DNA of 62,937 nt, counting the filler, from Octopus bimaculoides (lineage: Eukaryota), in the NCBI RefSeq assembly GCF_001194135.2. It is 6 parts of 6 records of this genome, joined end to end, with 100 filler letters (N's around TTAATTAATTAA, not from the genome) between each part and the next. Parts side by side here need not be neighbours in the genome. Positions count along the whole stretch, not along the records: positions 36,278 to 48,269 come from NC_068995.1; positions 48,370 to 54,285 come from NC_068983.1; 4 more parts are not named here. The stretch is one strand, 5' to 3'. This document shows positions 39,295-51,647 of this stretch, one piece after another; the first letter of the stretch is position 1, and each line of letters begins with the position of its first letter. A program made the translations under genes and the position numbers. The notes under the pieces are model-generated. The model was not told where the DNA came from, made no database searches, and worked only from the letters and a program-made list of their open reading frames with translations.

Positions 39295-39450
39295 GTAGTC
39301 ACATATATGTGGTTAAGAATTTCGCTTTGAACACGAGTTCAATCCCGCAGCGCAGACCTTGTGCAAATATTTTCTATCATAGACTCCTGTTGACTTGAGT
39401 TTTGCGAGTGGAATTTGGTAGACGGAAACTGCACCGAAGCGCGTCGTAGC
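39295..39450 (+). mobile_element. Diverged family 2 SINE 5' half in the RFX6 intron between exons A and B
   Basis: TGTGGTTAAGAA...GAGTTCAATCCC...GAGTGGAATTTGGTAGACGGAAACTG..GAAGC.CGTCGTA. Confidence 0.7.
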
Positions 39451-40012
39451 AAAGAAAAGAAGTGTGAAAGAAAGAGAGATTGGCGTTATTGTTTTTGGGT
39501 AGACAACTCATCGGGTTTAATACTGTCACCTGGCTGTTTTGGGAATTTTGACTGGGGTCTATTCTGGTCAAGTGTCTAGATCCTAATCCATCACTTGGCC
39601 CTAAAGTATCTTTGACATAGTCAACAATGCTACAAGGATACGGAAAGGGATTTCTCTGAGCGATAACATTCCCCACCGCCCATCAACTGTCTCACAGGGA
39701 CAGGAAAGGATAATTTGCGCTCTAATTCCTCCTCTGGTTAACACATTAAAAATATATTATAAATAATACGCGCGCGCACGCACACACATATATGAGTGAG
39801 TGGACAAACGAAAGAAAGGGCACTCAACACAATTATTGGGAGTTACCAGCCGGACGACAAAGGCTTCGTTAGGGCCTTCGAAACTTGAAGTAGCACGGAA
39901 TCTGAATTAAACTGTTTTGAATAATATATTTACATATATACACATGCATACACATGCATATACATGTGTTAATAAACACCACTATACCATGGATGAAATA
40001 CCAGAGACTTAC

Positions 40013-40126
40013 CTTATAAAGAATGGAATCACATATGCAAATGATGTCGACAATGACTTGGTTTTTAACAAGCGGCAGGAGGTGGTCGGGGAGACCTTGC
40101 CAAAAATGGAGCAGAAAGTTTTGAAT
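40013..40126 (-). CDS. RFX6: RFX6-like transcription factor, internal exon A (114 nt, phase 0-0): [38 protein letters not shown]
   Basis: Acceptor cctgtcttctctttcag and donor gtaagt. Peptide closely resembles vertebrate RFX6 ([17 protein letters not shown]...CVCDSILYK as recalled), and is closer to RFX6 than to RFX4 (MPPHMLPVL). Confidence 0.95.
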
Positions 40127-40164
40127 CTGAAAGAGAAGACAGGTTCCTTGATATACAACTGTTA

Positions 40165-40176
40165 TTGTTGTTGCTG

Positions 40177-40262
<86 letters not shown>
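40165..40262. repeat. (TAT)n microsatellite close to the acceptor of exon A
   Basis: Seen directly. Confidence 0.95.
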
Positions 40263-41122
40263 TAATGGTAGGTCAAGTGACATGTGAGAAAAAGCGTTCT
40301 TGTTGTGACTATCCAGCATTTTTATTCTACATATATGTATTTCGATTTTATTGATCTCATCAGTCTAATATTGAATTTTAATTTTGAATTTATTTTTATG
40401 GAAAATAGATAAGTTTTTTTTTTTGTAAATATGAAAGTGTTTTTCGCATTATATGGATTGATGTATCTAGACCCATGTTTGTATGTGTGTGTGTGTATGT
40501 GTGTGTACCAGCAAGGTACTCAACTCTGGCAGACACCGTGCCAAATGAATGAACACGGCTCTCTTAGTAATCGAACCTCAGTCTGCAGTGAGTGCTATTA
40601 TTAGCATGACATCACCAAAAAACTATAGATTATTATCGACATTTTCCTACAACCAAATGAGAGGTTGAGTCTAACTCTTAACATAAGTAACACAAGAGTT
40701 TTAGGCTTTGCTCTCCAAGCTAGAACCTAATTTAGCCATTAGAAGTAGATAGAAAAATGGTGGAAAACGTAAAAGCATCCCAGTTTCGTAGTAGTGTCTT
40801 TCAAAGAATGGAATTATTTATGAGTAGGTCTAACACAAATTGATACATGAGGCTGTTGATGTAGCTGTCCTTCCTTAGGATTCGGAAACCTGGGAAGATG
40901 TAAGTGTCATATGTGAAAGCTATAAATATACAAGCAGTGATGTATGAGGAAAATTGAACAGATCCAGTGAGGGGAGAACGCGCTGAGAGATATCGGTGTG
41001 TTCGATCAAGTTCATATTTCATGTTGCAAAACACCAGGGTTGCACGATTTCAGCTTCACTAGGCTGACAATGTCGTCAAATACAGGACCATCGATTGCCC
41101 AAACAACTGGTTCACCACCTTC

Positions 41123-41155
<33 letters not shown>

Positions 41156-41615
41156 NNNNNNNNNNNNNNNNNNNNNNNNNNNNNNNNNNNNNNNNNNNNN
41201 NNNNNNNNNNNNNNNNNNNNNNNNNNNNNNNNNNNNNNNNNNNNNNNNNNNNNNNNNNNNNNNNNNNNNNNNNNNNNNNNNNNNNNNNNNNNNNNNNNNN
41301 NNNNNNNNNNNNNNNNNNNNNNNNNNNNNNNNNNNNNNNNNNNNNNNNNNNNNNNNNNNNNNNNNNNNNNNNNNNNNNNNNNNNNNNNNNNNNNNNNNNN
41401 NNNNNNNNNNNNNNNNNNNNNNNNNNNNNNNNNNNNNNNNNNNNNNNNNNNNNNNNNNNNNNNNNNNNNNNNNNNNNNNNNNNNNNNNNNNNNNNNNNNN
41501 NNNNNNNNNNNNNNNNNNNNNNNNNNNNNNNNNNNNNNNNNNNNNNNNNNNNNNNNNNNNNNNNNNNNNNNNNNNNNNNNNNNNNNNNNNNNNNNNNNNN
41601 NNNNNNNNNNNNNNN

Positions 41616-41656
<41 letters not shown>

Positions 41657-42442
41657 CGTATGTATGTGTAAATATGCATGTATGTGTATGTGACAAGCTA
41701 AATGAAAACAGAGAATGGATCTTTGATGTATATTATGAACTGAAAATATAAATGTAAGCCAGCAAAAGAGGAATACCACACACAACACACACACACACAC
41801 AACGCACATACACATACACACACACAAATATAGTAGTTTCACATAAATACGTATACACACAAACATCGATATATAAACAGATGAAATATAAAATATCAAA
41901 TCTAATAAAACCAAACTGGTTTAATCGAAAGAGAATGCAGACGCAGAGAAGCCTGGAATCACAAAACAAGAAGACATTTATTTCTTTGAAAACCGCTTTT
42001 AATTTCAGTTCACTAATGGACGAAGGAGAGCTGGCAGCCATTTGTCTTCAGCCTTAGTCTACGTAATGACAATATTTTAAAAGTAATTTATTGCATTTTA
42101 TTCAATTAATATCGGGTTCAAATTTATTTCAGTCATGAGAAATGTAGATCCTGTCTTTTCATTGAGAGTTTAAGTAAATAAAACAGATTGTGTGCACAAT
42201 ATGGCGGCGGAGATCTGAGGAGAGTTTATCTAAGTGTGGATGTTGTTACGCGGGATTAATTGACACGAATGAAAATTTATGGTCTTCTAAATCCTATCTG
42301 TTTTATATTATTTCATTCAGGAAGCCCGGTAGCAGCAAATCCTTCCGTTTTTGTAAATGTGTTGTTAGATAAGTTTCTTTTTCTATATATTTTCTTTTTG
42401 CTTTTTTATAATGGAGTAACAGTAAGAGTTAGGTGACATGTT

Positions 42443-42850
42443 CACACACACACACACATACATACACATACACACCCATGCATACGCATGCACACACATA
42501 CACACATAGATATACATGTACACATGCACACATGCACACATGCACACGCATAGACACACATATGCACACGCATACACACATACACACACATGCACACACA
42601 TGCATACACATACACACATGCACACACATATACACAAATACATGCACATACACACACATGCACACACAAATGCATACACATACATACACATGCACACACA
42701 TGCACACACAAATGCATACACATACACACACATGCACACACATGCACACACATATATGCACACACGTGTACACACATACACACGCGTGTACACACATACA
42801 CACACGTGTACACACATACTCACATATGCACACATACACATACATACATA
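42443..42850. repeat. Degenerate (CA)/(TACA)/(TGCA) compound satellite
   Basis: Seen directly, with recurring ATGCATACACATA and CACACATGCACACA units. Confidence 0.9.
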
Positions 42851-42959
42851 CAATTTACCTCAAATTCTTGGCAAGAAGCCGCCAAGATTTTACTTAAAGT
42901 GGCTAAACTGTCAGATACACAAACTACATTTGGTAAGGCGCCACATTTGGGCAAGAAGC

Positions 42960-43175
42960 CGGTCCATTCTTAGCAGGTTGTTCGGTGTGTATTTAGACTG
43001 AATGGTCCTTAAAAGATAGAGGTGTCAGTTGCAACATCCATTGGAAGATCTTAGCCAAGTGTAAACCCTACACCAACGGCAGTGGAAAGTGCGGTCTTTA
43101 TGATATGGAAAGATGGCTCATCTGGAAAGGCAGCTTAGATACCGCCACACGTATAAATTCAAGAACAAAACTTTT
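42960..43175 (+). mobile_element. Penelope-like GIY-YIG endonuclease C-terminal relic
   Basis: WSLKDRGVSCNIHWKILAKCKPYTNGSGKCGL...ER..I...NSRTKLF matches the PLE pattern WSLK.....I.W.IL.K...Y......C.LC..EK..I...N.R.E. Confidence 0.75.
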
Positions 43176-43178
43176 CGG

Positions 43179-43216
<38 letters not shown>

Positions 43217-44552
43217 CTGTTCACACACATACGTACGTATACTCAGACATACGCACCTACATTTACATAAACGTAAATATATAAGATATTCGCGTGTTAA
43301 TCCTACAATGGCTAAATCCACCTAAGCCACCGAGGCAGTTCATAGAGAAATACGTTTCATAAGACTTAGTGTGCATTATAAAGTAAATATGTACAATGCT
43401 AATCCACAGAACAGGTGTGGTATTAATTCCTAGCAAAACGCGAATTAAAGGTGAGCAAATATTTTTACTTCTTTCTTTTACCGCTCACCTTTTCAAAAAC
43501 ACATATTTTACCTGAGCACATCTCATTATTTTCGCTTCAAGCTCGAAACAAAACCCAATCTCTTGTTTTATAAGGATTAAACACGTGTTTCTTTATCGTT
43601 TCTTAATTGATCTGTGTATCGAACTGTTTAAAAACCTATTACTAACTTTATTTGCATTGCTTTAAGGACAGCTGTGTGTGTGTGTGCTTATGTGTGTGCG
43701 TGCGTGCGTGCGTGCGTTGTCTACTGCATAGCTTCCTTCCTAGATAGCAAATGCAGATCCAGGTAACGTGAAATATTTCTTTCTTTCTTTCTTTCTTTAT
43801 GTATGTATGTGTATATATATATATNNNNNNNNNNNNNNNNNNNNNNNNNNNNNNNNNNNNNNNNNNNNNNNNNNNNNNNNNNNNNNNNNNNNNNNNNNNN
43901 NNNNNNNNNNNNNNNNNNNNNNNNNNNNNNNNNNNNNNNNNNNNNNNNNNNNNNNNNNNNNNNNNNNNNNNNNNNNNNNNNNNNNNNNNNNNNNNNNNNN
44001 NNNNNNNNNNNNNNNNNNNNNNNATATACACATATATATATATATTAAAACAAATGCAAATAACAAGAACAACAAAAAATACAAGGCAAGTTCACAGTTA
44101 ATAGTATTAGTCTGGCGCTCAAGGAAAGAATAAACGCTATAAAGTAAAAGTGATAACGTTTCGGAAATAGTCCCTCATCGGAGGCAAGAAGAACCAAAGG
44201 CAAGATAAGGAAACCCAAAACTCCCTGAATCCACACCATAACGTCTTAGAGAAAGAACAAAAGTTTATGCTAATTCTGGGACACCCATGGCTGGAAAGAC
44301 CTTTGATTATCGATCTGTTTGATTAGGATTGATCTAAGGCCAAACAACAACGAGTTAGTGCCACTTTAACATTGAGTCCTCTTGCAGACTTTGATTTCCA
44401 CAAATTCACAGACTTTAAAATCTTTTAATCTGAGAGTCGGATCGAACTGAGAGTCGGATCTGTTGCAAACTTTACAACGCGAGTTTTCACTGATTTTAAA
44501 CTGAAACTTGCTTTAGTAGAATACTTCTGAAGAAAATCAATCACTCATTTAA

Positions 44553-44555
44553 TTG

Positions 44556-44612
<57 letters not shown>

Positions 44613-44715
44613 GCTGCCAATCTGTCCGTCTGTCTGTTTGTCTGTCTGTCCGTCCGTCCGTCCGTCCGTCCGTCCGTCCGTCCGTCCGTCTGTCTATCCA
44701 TCCATCCATCCATCC

Positions 44716-44790
<75 letters not shown>
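44553..44790. repeat. Compound tetranucleotide microsatellite (TCTA)n(TCTG)(TCCG)n(TCCA)n(TCTA)n
   Basis: Seen directly. Confidence 0.95.
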
Positions 44791-44791
<1 letters not shown>

Positions 44792-45174
44792 GGTTCCCTC
44801 ATTAGCTAACCTGATATTTAAACAGTCAGCTATTTATCTCTCTGTTTATCTGTATATCTCTTTATCTACCTTTCTGCCAATCTGTCTATATATATCTCCA
44901 TCTAACCGTTTGTCTGTTGTCAATCAGTCTGTCCGTTTGACTGTTTGTCTGTGTGTCCTATCGTGAAATCTCATCAATATTTGTATTCAGCTGGCAAGTA
45001 ATCTCGCAAAATAATTAAACAGACATCTTGACGGCGACTTAGTTTTGTTTAGGCGGAAACAATATTTTGGCGATTAAATTAAGAACCGTGTGTACTGTAC
45101 TGTGATGATTGTGCCTGAGATGGTGTAGATATATATCTGTGTGTGTGAGTGTGTGTGTGCGTGTGCGTGCGTGC

Positions 45175-45220
<46 letters not shown>

Positions 45221-45719
45221 ATATGTATATGTATATATCTATGCGTGTCTGCCTCGCTCACTGAGTAAGGGAGGCAAATCGATAGCTCTCAGACCCTATT
45301 AACCAAATAAATAAAAAAAATCGATTCAGCTTGAAAGTAAATTACCTTACACTAATCACGTTATTGATCTCTGTCAGCCTACCTACCCGGAACAAATATA
45401 CAAATTGAAAAAAAAAATACAAAAAAAAAATAAATAACGTAAAATAAAAATAAGTGAAACAAATCTTGGAGATTCCAACTGTCGATCAGAAGACAAGAGC
45501 GCCAAAAACCGTGGAACTTACATAATTCCACGTCTTTGGTCTCTGTCCATCTTGAGTCTATTTTAGCAACAAGTTGTCATGTTGTACAGGTAGTTTTGTT
45601 CAGGTGACTTACATGCATTGTTTTTGCTTCTTATAGTAAACGTACATGGATCTCCATCGATGCCGACGATGACTATTGCAGTTGTTCCATCTTAGCGAAT
45701 GCGGAGATAGCAAGGCAAA

Positions 45720-46130
45720 GACGCCGACCTGGCAGAATCGTTAGCACGACGGATAAAATGCTTAGCAGCATTTCGTCCGTCATTACGTTATCAGTTCAAA
45801 ATCCGCCGAGGTCCACTTTGCCTTTCATCCTTTCTGATTTGATAAAATAAGTAGCAGTTGAACCAGATGTAATCACCCTACTTTCTCCCCTAAAGTGCTG
45901 GCCTTGTGCTAAAATTTGAAATCAATATAATCCATAATCCCCAAACAGAATCAACGCAACACAATATATAACAAGGCAGAGGCGGCGAACTGACAGAATC
46001 GTTAACGTGCCGAGTAAAACGCTAAGCGACATTTCGTCCGTCATTACATCTTGAGTTCAAATTCCGCCGAGGTCAACATTGCCTTTCAATCTTTCGGAGT
46101 CGATAGCATAAGTACCAGCTGTGCAATGGG
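45720..46130 (+). mobile_element. Two tandem family 1 SINEs (45720-45925, 45978-46130)
   Basis: Both have the GGCAGAATCGTTA head, B box and core. Confidence 0.85.
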
Positions 46131-47024
46131 GTTGATGGAAATTTTCTGGATGCATATTCACAGTTTCAAGAAATATAGAGATGACCTGAATATTTATAGT
46201 AAACAGAAGACAGAATCCAAGAAAAAGCCCCATGACGAAAAGTTTTGAGAATGGATAGGTTTGGATAAGTTTGTAAGCCATTACCAACAGTTAGATTAAC
46301 ATCTTCACCTTTCTCTACTCTCTGATGAATGACAATAATCCAAAACGTTAGATTTTTCGCTCATTGCTGTAATCAACTTTACCAGTATTTTACGAATTCC
46401 TCTTTAGATATTTCGAAGGTGTACTTTCCTGGCACATAATTTGAACTGAGATCGTCTGTTGAAACTAAAACGATTATATTGTGGAAGACACATTGCTAGA
46501 CATTCAAAAACATGCAAAAGCCGTCAACTTCACTTGAGTATTTATTATTTGTTACATGGTATCAACATTTTCGACGCACGAACTGCGACCTGGTCACTGA
46601 CATCATTACACTTTTGCATAATCTTACCAGTTAACAATCTACGGGTGTTTTTGAATAGCTAACATGAGTTTTCCATTCTGTAATCGTTTTTAGATATTTT
46701 ATTAACGACCGGGACTCATTCACCATTTTTTTTTCGGTTCTAGACTTTATTCTTCTAAGACTAGAATTGGAGATTTACGATAATTAAACTATAATGAAAC
46801 GTCACTGTCTTGATGAGTAAATTTTGATTTTCTGTTAGAAACGACAGAGAAATAATAGACGTTGTTTATTTCCCGTTGACACCCAAAAAAACTTGCTTCA
46901 CCTACGAACATAATTTAATCTTTAATGTTCAAGCGATCTCGATAACCAATCTTTGGTTGATTATCATAAAACATTCCGTACAGACAGCACAGAACTTAAA
47001 TGCCTTTCAGGATGTTAGAGTTTA

Positions 47025-47189
47025 TAGACACGAGCATGAGTGTATGGTTAAGAAGCTCGCTTTGCAACCACATGGTTAAGGGTTCGGTCCCACTGCGTGG
47101 CACCTCGGGCAAATGTTTTCTACAGTAGCTCCGGTTCGATCAAAGCCATGTGAGTGAAAGTGGTACTCGGAAACTGAGCGGAAGCTCGT

Positions 47190-47261
<72 letters not shown>

Positions 47262-47605
47262 CACACACGCATACACACACAAACACATGCACGCACACAC
47301 GCACACGCACGCGCGTACACACATACGCACACATATACCACGTGATCTACCAGATTAACGGATATTGTTATATATCGCTGGTCTCAGTGCGCTTTGCATT
47401 GTTTTAGCTTTCGAATGATGCCACCCTGCTGGCTAGGCAAGTAGGCTCACACTCCCCTTTGATTGGGAGGCTGATAACCGGTGTTATTTTGTTTATGTTC
47501 GCGTAAATTAGTGTTTTGGCAAAAAAAGGAGTCGATAGAAAAAGTCATGGGGTCGACTGGTTCAATTAAACCCTTCAAGGTGGTGCTCCAGCATGGCTGC
47601 AGTCC
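47025..47605 (+). mobile_element. Family 2 SINE with expanded internal (CA)n
   Basis: Head at about 47030-47190, tail GGTGCTCCAGCATGGCTGCAG at about 47580. Confidence 0.75.
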
Positions 47606-48106
47606 GGTGACTGACACAAGCTAAGGAAAAAGGCTAAATCAAAATATACAGTTTTTCCCCAGCAGGCAACCAGAACCTGTTAATAATATTTTCTGATGTT
47701 CCAATTACCTGAGATTAAGTTTCATTTCATGTTTCATCGTTCTACTTAATTATTTTATCACATTTCATTTTCGATATCTGATTGTTTATCAGTTCCAATA
47801 TCTGTGTCTTGATGACATTTAAGAATTTATATGTCTAATTAGATGTTTTATTAAAATCAAGGTATGACGAAGGGAATTGTTAATGATAAATACACCGAAT
47901 GTCACCAGAGTGTACGTAAGTCGGTAATGACTTCGTTAATTATATCTCGATCTTGATTAATGAATCTGACTTAATGATTTTGAAGATAATATAATTATTT
48001 ATCTAACGAACTATTGTCATATACAAATACATATAGATAGATAATTACATTCATACATACATACATACATACATACATATGTATGTATATAAAAGTACAT
48101 ATACAT

Positions 48107-48152
<46 letters not shown>

Positions 48153-48370
48153 TATTTTGCTTAAAAAAGTTCCAACACTGTCTGTTTTTTATGTTTTATT
48201 TATATTCCTGCAGAACTAATGTGGGGTATAGAATATGGAATATACAATATATAATATGATATACAATATNNNNNNNNNNNNNNNNNNNNNNNNNNNNNNN
48301 NNNNNNNNNNNNNTTAATTAATTAANNNNNNNNNNNNNNNNNNNNNNNNNNNNNNNNNNNNNNNNNNNNA

Positions 48371-48645
48371 ATGTAAAAGGAGAAAGGGCTCTATACCCCT
48401 TTCTTATTTTTTCTGACCAGGCTCCCGTGGTTTTATGGGTTTTTCCACGTGTAACCTTTCCTTTTTCGAAGCTCCTCCCCCTTTGGGAGTTCTACTTATT
48501 TATTTATCTATTTATTTATTATATCTTTCTCCGTTTTCTTCCTCTGTTTAGACGAACTTTCCTACCTTTTCAGACAAAACCTTTTGTAACCTTCGTCCTG
48601 TCTTTGTCCTTATATATTTTTAATTGTGGCCAATAAAACGAATTA

Positions 48646-48678
<33 letters not shown>

Positions 48679-48680
48679 TA
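48371..48680 (+). mobile_element. L1/Tx1-like LINE 3' UTR with AATAAA and (ATT)n tail
   Basis: Pyrimidine-rich UTR ending TTGTGGCCAATAAAACGAATTAATTATTATT. Confidence 0.55.
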
Positions 48681-48895
48681 TGGCCACGGACAGGAAGTAT
48701 CGTTAGCAAGCCGGGAAAATAGTTAGAAGCATTTCTTCCCTACTCATTATGTGTTCTGAGAACAAACTCTTCCGAAATTGACTTTGCCTTTCATCGATTC
48801 AGGATCGATAAAATGAAGTACCAGTTAAGTACTGGAATTGATGTAATCGATACCCTTGCATCTCAAAACTGCTGGCTTTGTGCCAAAATTTAGAA
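48681..48895 (+). mobile_element. Family 1 SINE
   Basis: Diverged copy with recognisable core and 3' end. Confidence 0.75.
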
Positions 48896-49604
48896 AGAAA
48901 GAATTCTCACTTTATCATTGCTGTTGTTCTAATGATATTAACGTGGAATTCTTCTGAACTTTACATGAAGTTGGTAATAGTGCACTGTTGCTTAAAACAA
49001 AGGAATACTTGTTTTTTCATCGGCTGCTATCAAGCTATTTGTCGTATCCTGTAACTAAAATATCTAAAATAATTTTTCGATACATGAATCAACACAACGA
49101 ATTAGCTCTCCAAAATCAGTTGCATGACTTGATCAAAGAAACATTAAATTGTTTTACATGTTAACCTTGCATTAGAGCTATTTTTGTTGTCATAGAGATT
49201 GGAACTGTAATCGACTTTACTTCAGCCTTTCAAAAATAGAAAATAAGGTAGCTGTTACTTACCACAAGGAAGAACGGCTGTATTATTTTGAACACGATAA
49301 AATATATTTGATACAACTCTAATTTCCTGGAGTGTATTGATCTCATCTTAATATAAGGTATTCTCAATAATAAACGCATAACATATTTGACCTATGATTG
49401 GTCTGATGACTACGTTTGAATGATCACGATGAGGACGTCGACAGAGAGGCTGACGATAGCGATGACGACAACGACGGTGACAATGATGATAATGAAAGAC
49501 GATAGACTATGATAATCAGGATTGTATCGTTGGTGCGTATCGTCATCGTTACCATCGTTTTGCTACTCATCTCCCTTATGTTTATAACGACTATAGTAAT
49601 CCTT

Positions 49605-49812
49605 TCTACTATAGGCACCAAGTCTGAAGTTTTGAGAGAGAGGCGTAGTTGATTACATCGACACCAGTACTTGGCTGATATTTATTCTATCGATCTGAAA
49701 GGGAGAAAAGGTAAACTAGACCCCAGGGACATTTGAACTAAGAATATAAAGACACGAAATGCTGCTAAACTTTACGTCCGGCATGCTAAGGGTCTGCTAG
49801 CTCTCCGCCTTA
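49605..49812 (-). mobile_element. Family 1 SINE
   Basis: Reverse complement of family 1. Confidence 0.75.
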
Positions 49813-50649
49813 AGGATTATAATAATGTAATTATTAACAACTGAAAGGAGAATGGTGATACTGAAAAAACAAGAGTAAAGGTAGAATGGTTCAATTCGCA
49901 TTATTGGACTTTAATGTGTATTGAAGGCAATAAATACACAAGTTCCCCAGTGCAAAGATACAGACAAATAAAAGGAATTTGAAATAGGATGAAGTAGCGT
50001 TGAGCTGGTTGAGAGAAACATTGCAAAGAAAATTGTAACAGCCCTAGACGATCATAAATTAGTCTGCAATCAGAAAGTCTGTAGCGTTTAGAAAGTGTAT
50101 TCAACTTCATAAAATTTTGTGCTAATTGATATAAACTTTTGTCTTTGTGCACCAAAACATAGGCAATTCCTATGATGGCTGTTACTTCCGCTCAACATAG
50201 CCCGGCACAAATATATAGCACTTATAAATTGTTTTAACCAGTCACTTGAAATAATTTGAAAAGGTCAACATATTTAATATACACACTGACAAATACACAC
50301 GTATACGTGAAGTTTTTTTTTTTTTTTTTTTGTAATGAAGAACGGAAGAAGTACTCAATATATAATAAAGTACATAATTATACTTATTCGGTTGGTCGAA
50401 TGCCCTTATAAAAGTTTTAAATTTACGTACCTACCCGAAATGTATCTTCATGGACCATAATAAAACGTCCTTTTGTCAAAAACGGCACCAGGGCGTCACT
50501 ATATTATCGGATATGACAGACCACCTGATTCGTAGTGATGGGACAATGAATGATCTGAATGAGCGTGTGCCTGTAAACGTAAATAACACCTTGTGACTCC
50601 AAATATTTTCCCCTCTACATGGATATATTTGAGAATGATTTTTTGTTGT

Positions 50650-51420
50650 TTATTCATTTCGCAGAAGAAATTGCATTATGGAAGAGACATTTTAAATAAC
50701 ATCAACATTTTCCAAATTTCACTTTTAATTCATTCCATAGTGCAAAAAGATTCGTGGCACAACTATGACCTGATCACTAGCACGGTTCCATTGAAAGAGA
50801 TTGAAAGTTTGTTAATGCCCAGCTCTTATAGGCTTCGATTTTCATTTCTTTCCTTTACTTTTGCTGTATTCATGCATGTAGAATCTCATCTCATGGCAAT
50901 AGTCATCGTTATTCGTATTCAGTTTCCAATTGTTTGCATTTTATAACATTGTATAGAACGATGTTTCTTACATGTCTTTAAAGAATAGTATTCGAGAATT
51001 TCTTAATAGAAATCTTCCCGGATAAATAGTCACGTTCATTGAGGTGGAGTACGTCAATGAAGACGGTGTTTCAATATCTAACAACTACAAATATTATTCT
51101 TAAAAATTCCACCAGGGATTGTAGTTTAGTTCGAGTTAATCTCATTCATGGCTGATATTAGATGCTCTTCCTTTTTGTCGATGTAATCGCTGATTGCTTC
51201 TTTGTTGTGTGAATCTGCAGTATTGACGGGCACATCGTGGTTGCTTATATGCATATCTTCCACTGAGGAAGTAGAAACAATTTGGAATTGGTTATAATTT
51301 CGCTTATCTTCACAAGGTCTAGAGTCAGTGAGCTATTTTCTTTAAACAATGGCATTATCTTGTAGCACACTCAGGAGATTCTTTTGCAAATTTTCAGAAG
51401 GCTTTAGGATTCATTTCCAT
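50650..51420 (-). mobile_element. Heavily decayed LINE ORF2 relic (region between endonuclease and RT)
   Basis: MEMNPKAF*KFAK resembles the .NPKAFW.(Y/F). motif of CR1/L2/Jockey-group ORF2. Many stops. Confidence 0.4.
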
Positions 51421-51578
51421 ATATCATATTTTATACTTATGGATATATATATATGTGTATATTTTCAACTGTCTTCGTCTTTTGTTTTTCTGTAAATTTC
51501 AACTATATAATTATATGTGTGTGAGTGTGTGAGTGTATGTATATATATATGTATATATATAGAGAGAGAGAGAGGGAA

Positions 51579-51644
<66 letters not shown>

Positions 51645-51647
<3 letters not shown>

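Noticed and set aside
39849-39890. Additional hammerhead-like strings (39849-39890, 46320-46352, 46818-46856, 58612-58636)
   Set aside because: Each lacks two or more essential elements (core, GAAA, cleavage triplet or helix I), so they cannot be distinguished from chance.
39917-40354. 145-aa plus-strand ORF
   Set aside because: Antisense shadow of RFX6 exon A extended by a (TAT)n poly-Tyr run.
40888-40910. Plus-strand micro-exon candidate (ag-GATTCGGAAACCTGGGAAGAT-gtaagt), and a similar 44-nt candidate near 7573-7616
   Set aside because: Splice-like signals alone are common by chance, and there are no partner exons or homology.
42383-43001. His/Thr- or Cys/Val-rich ORFs (also 54410-55732 and many others)
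   Set aside because: Translations of (CA)n/(TG)n satellites.
49901-50155. 84-aa minus ORF as an upstream RFX6 exon or transposase
   Set aside because: No RFX motif and no recognisable domain.
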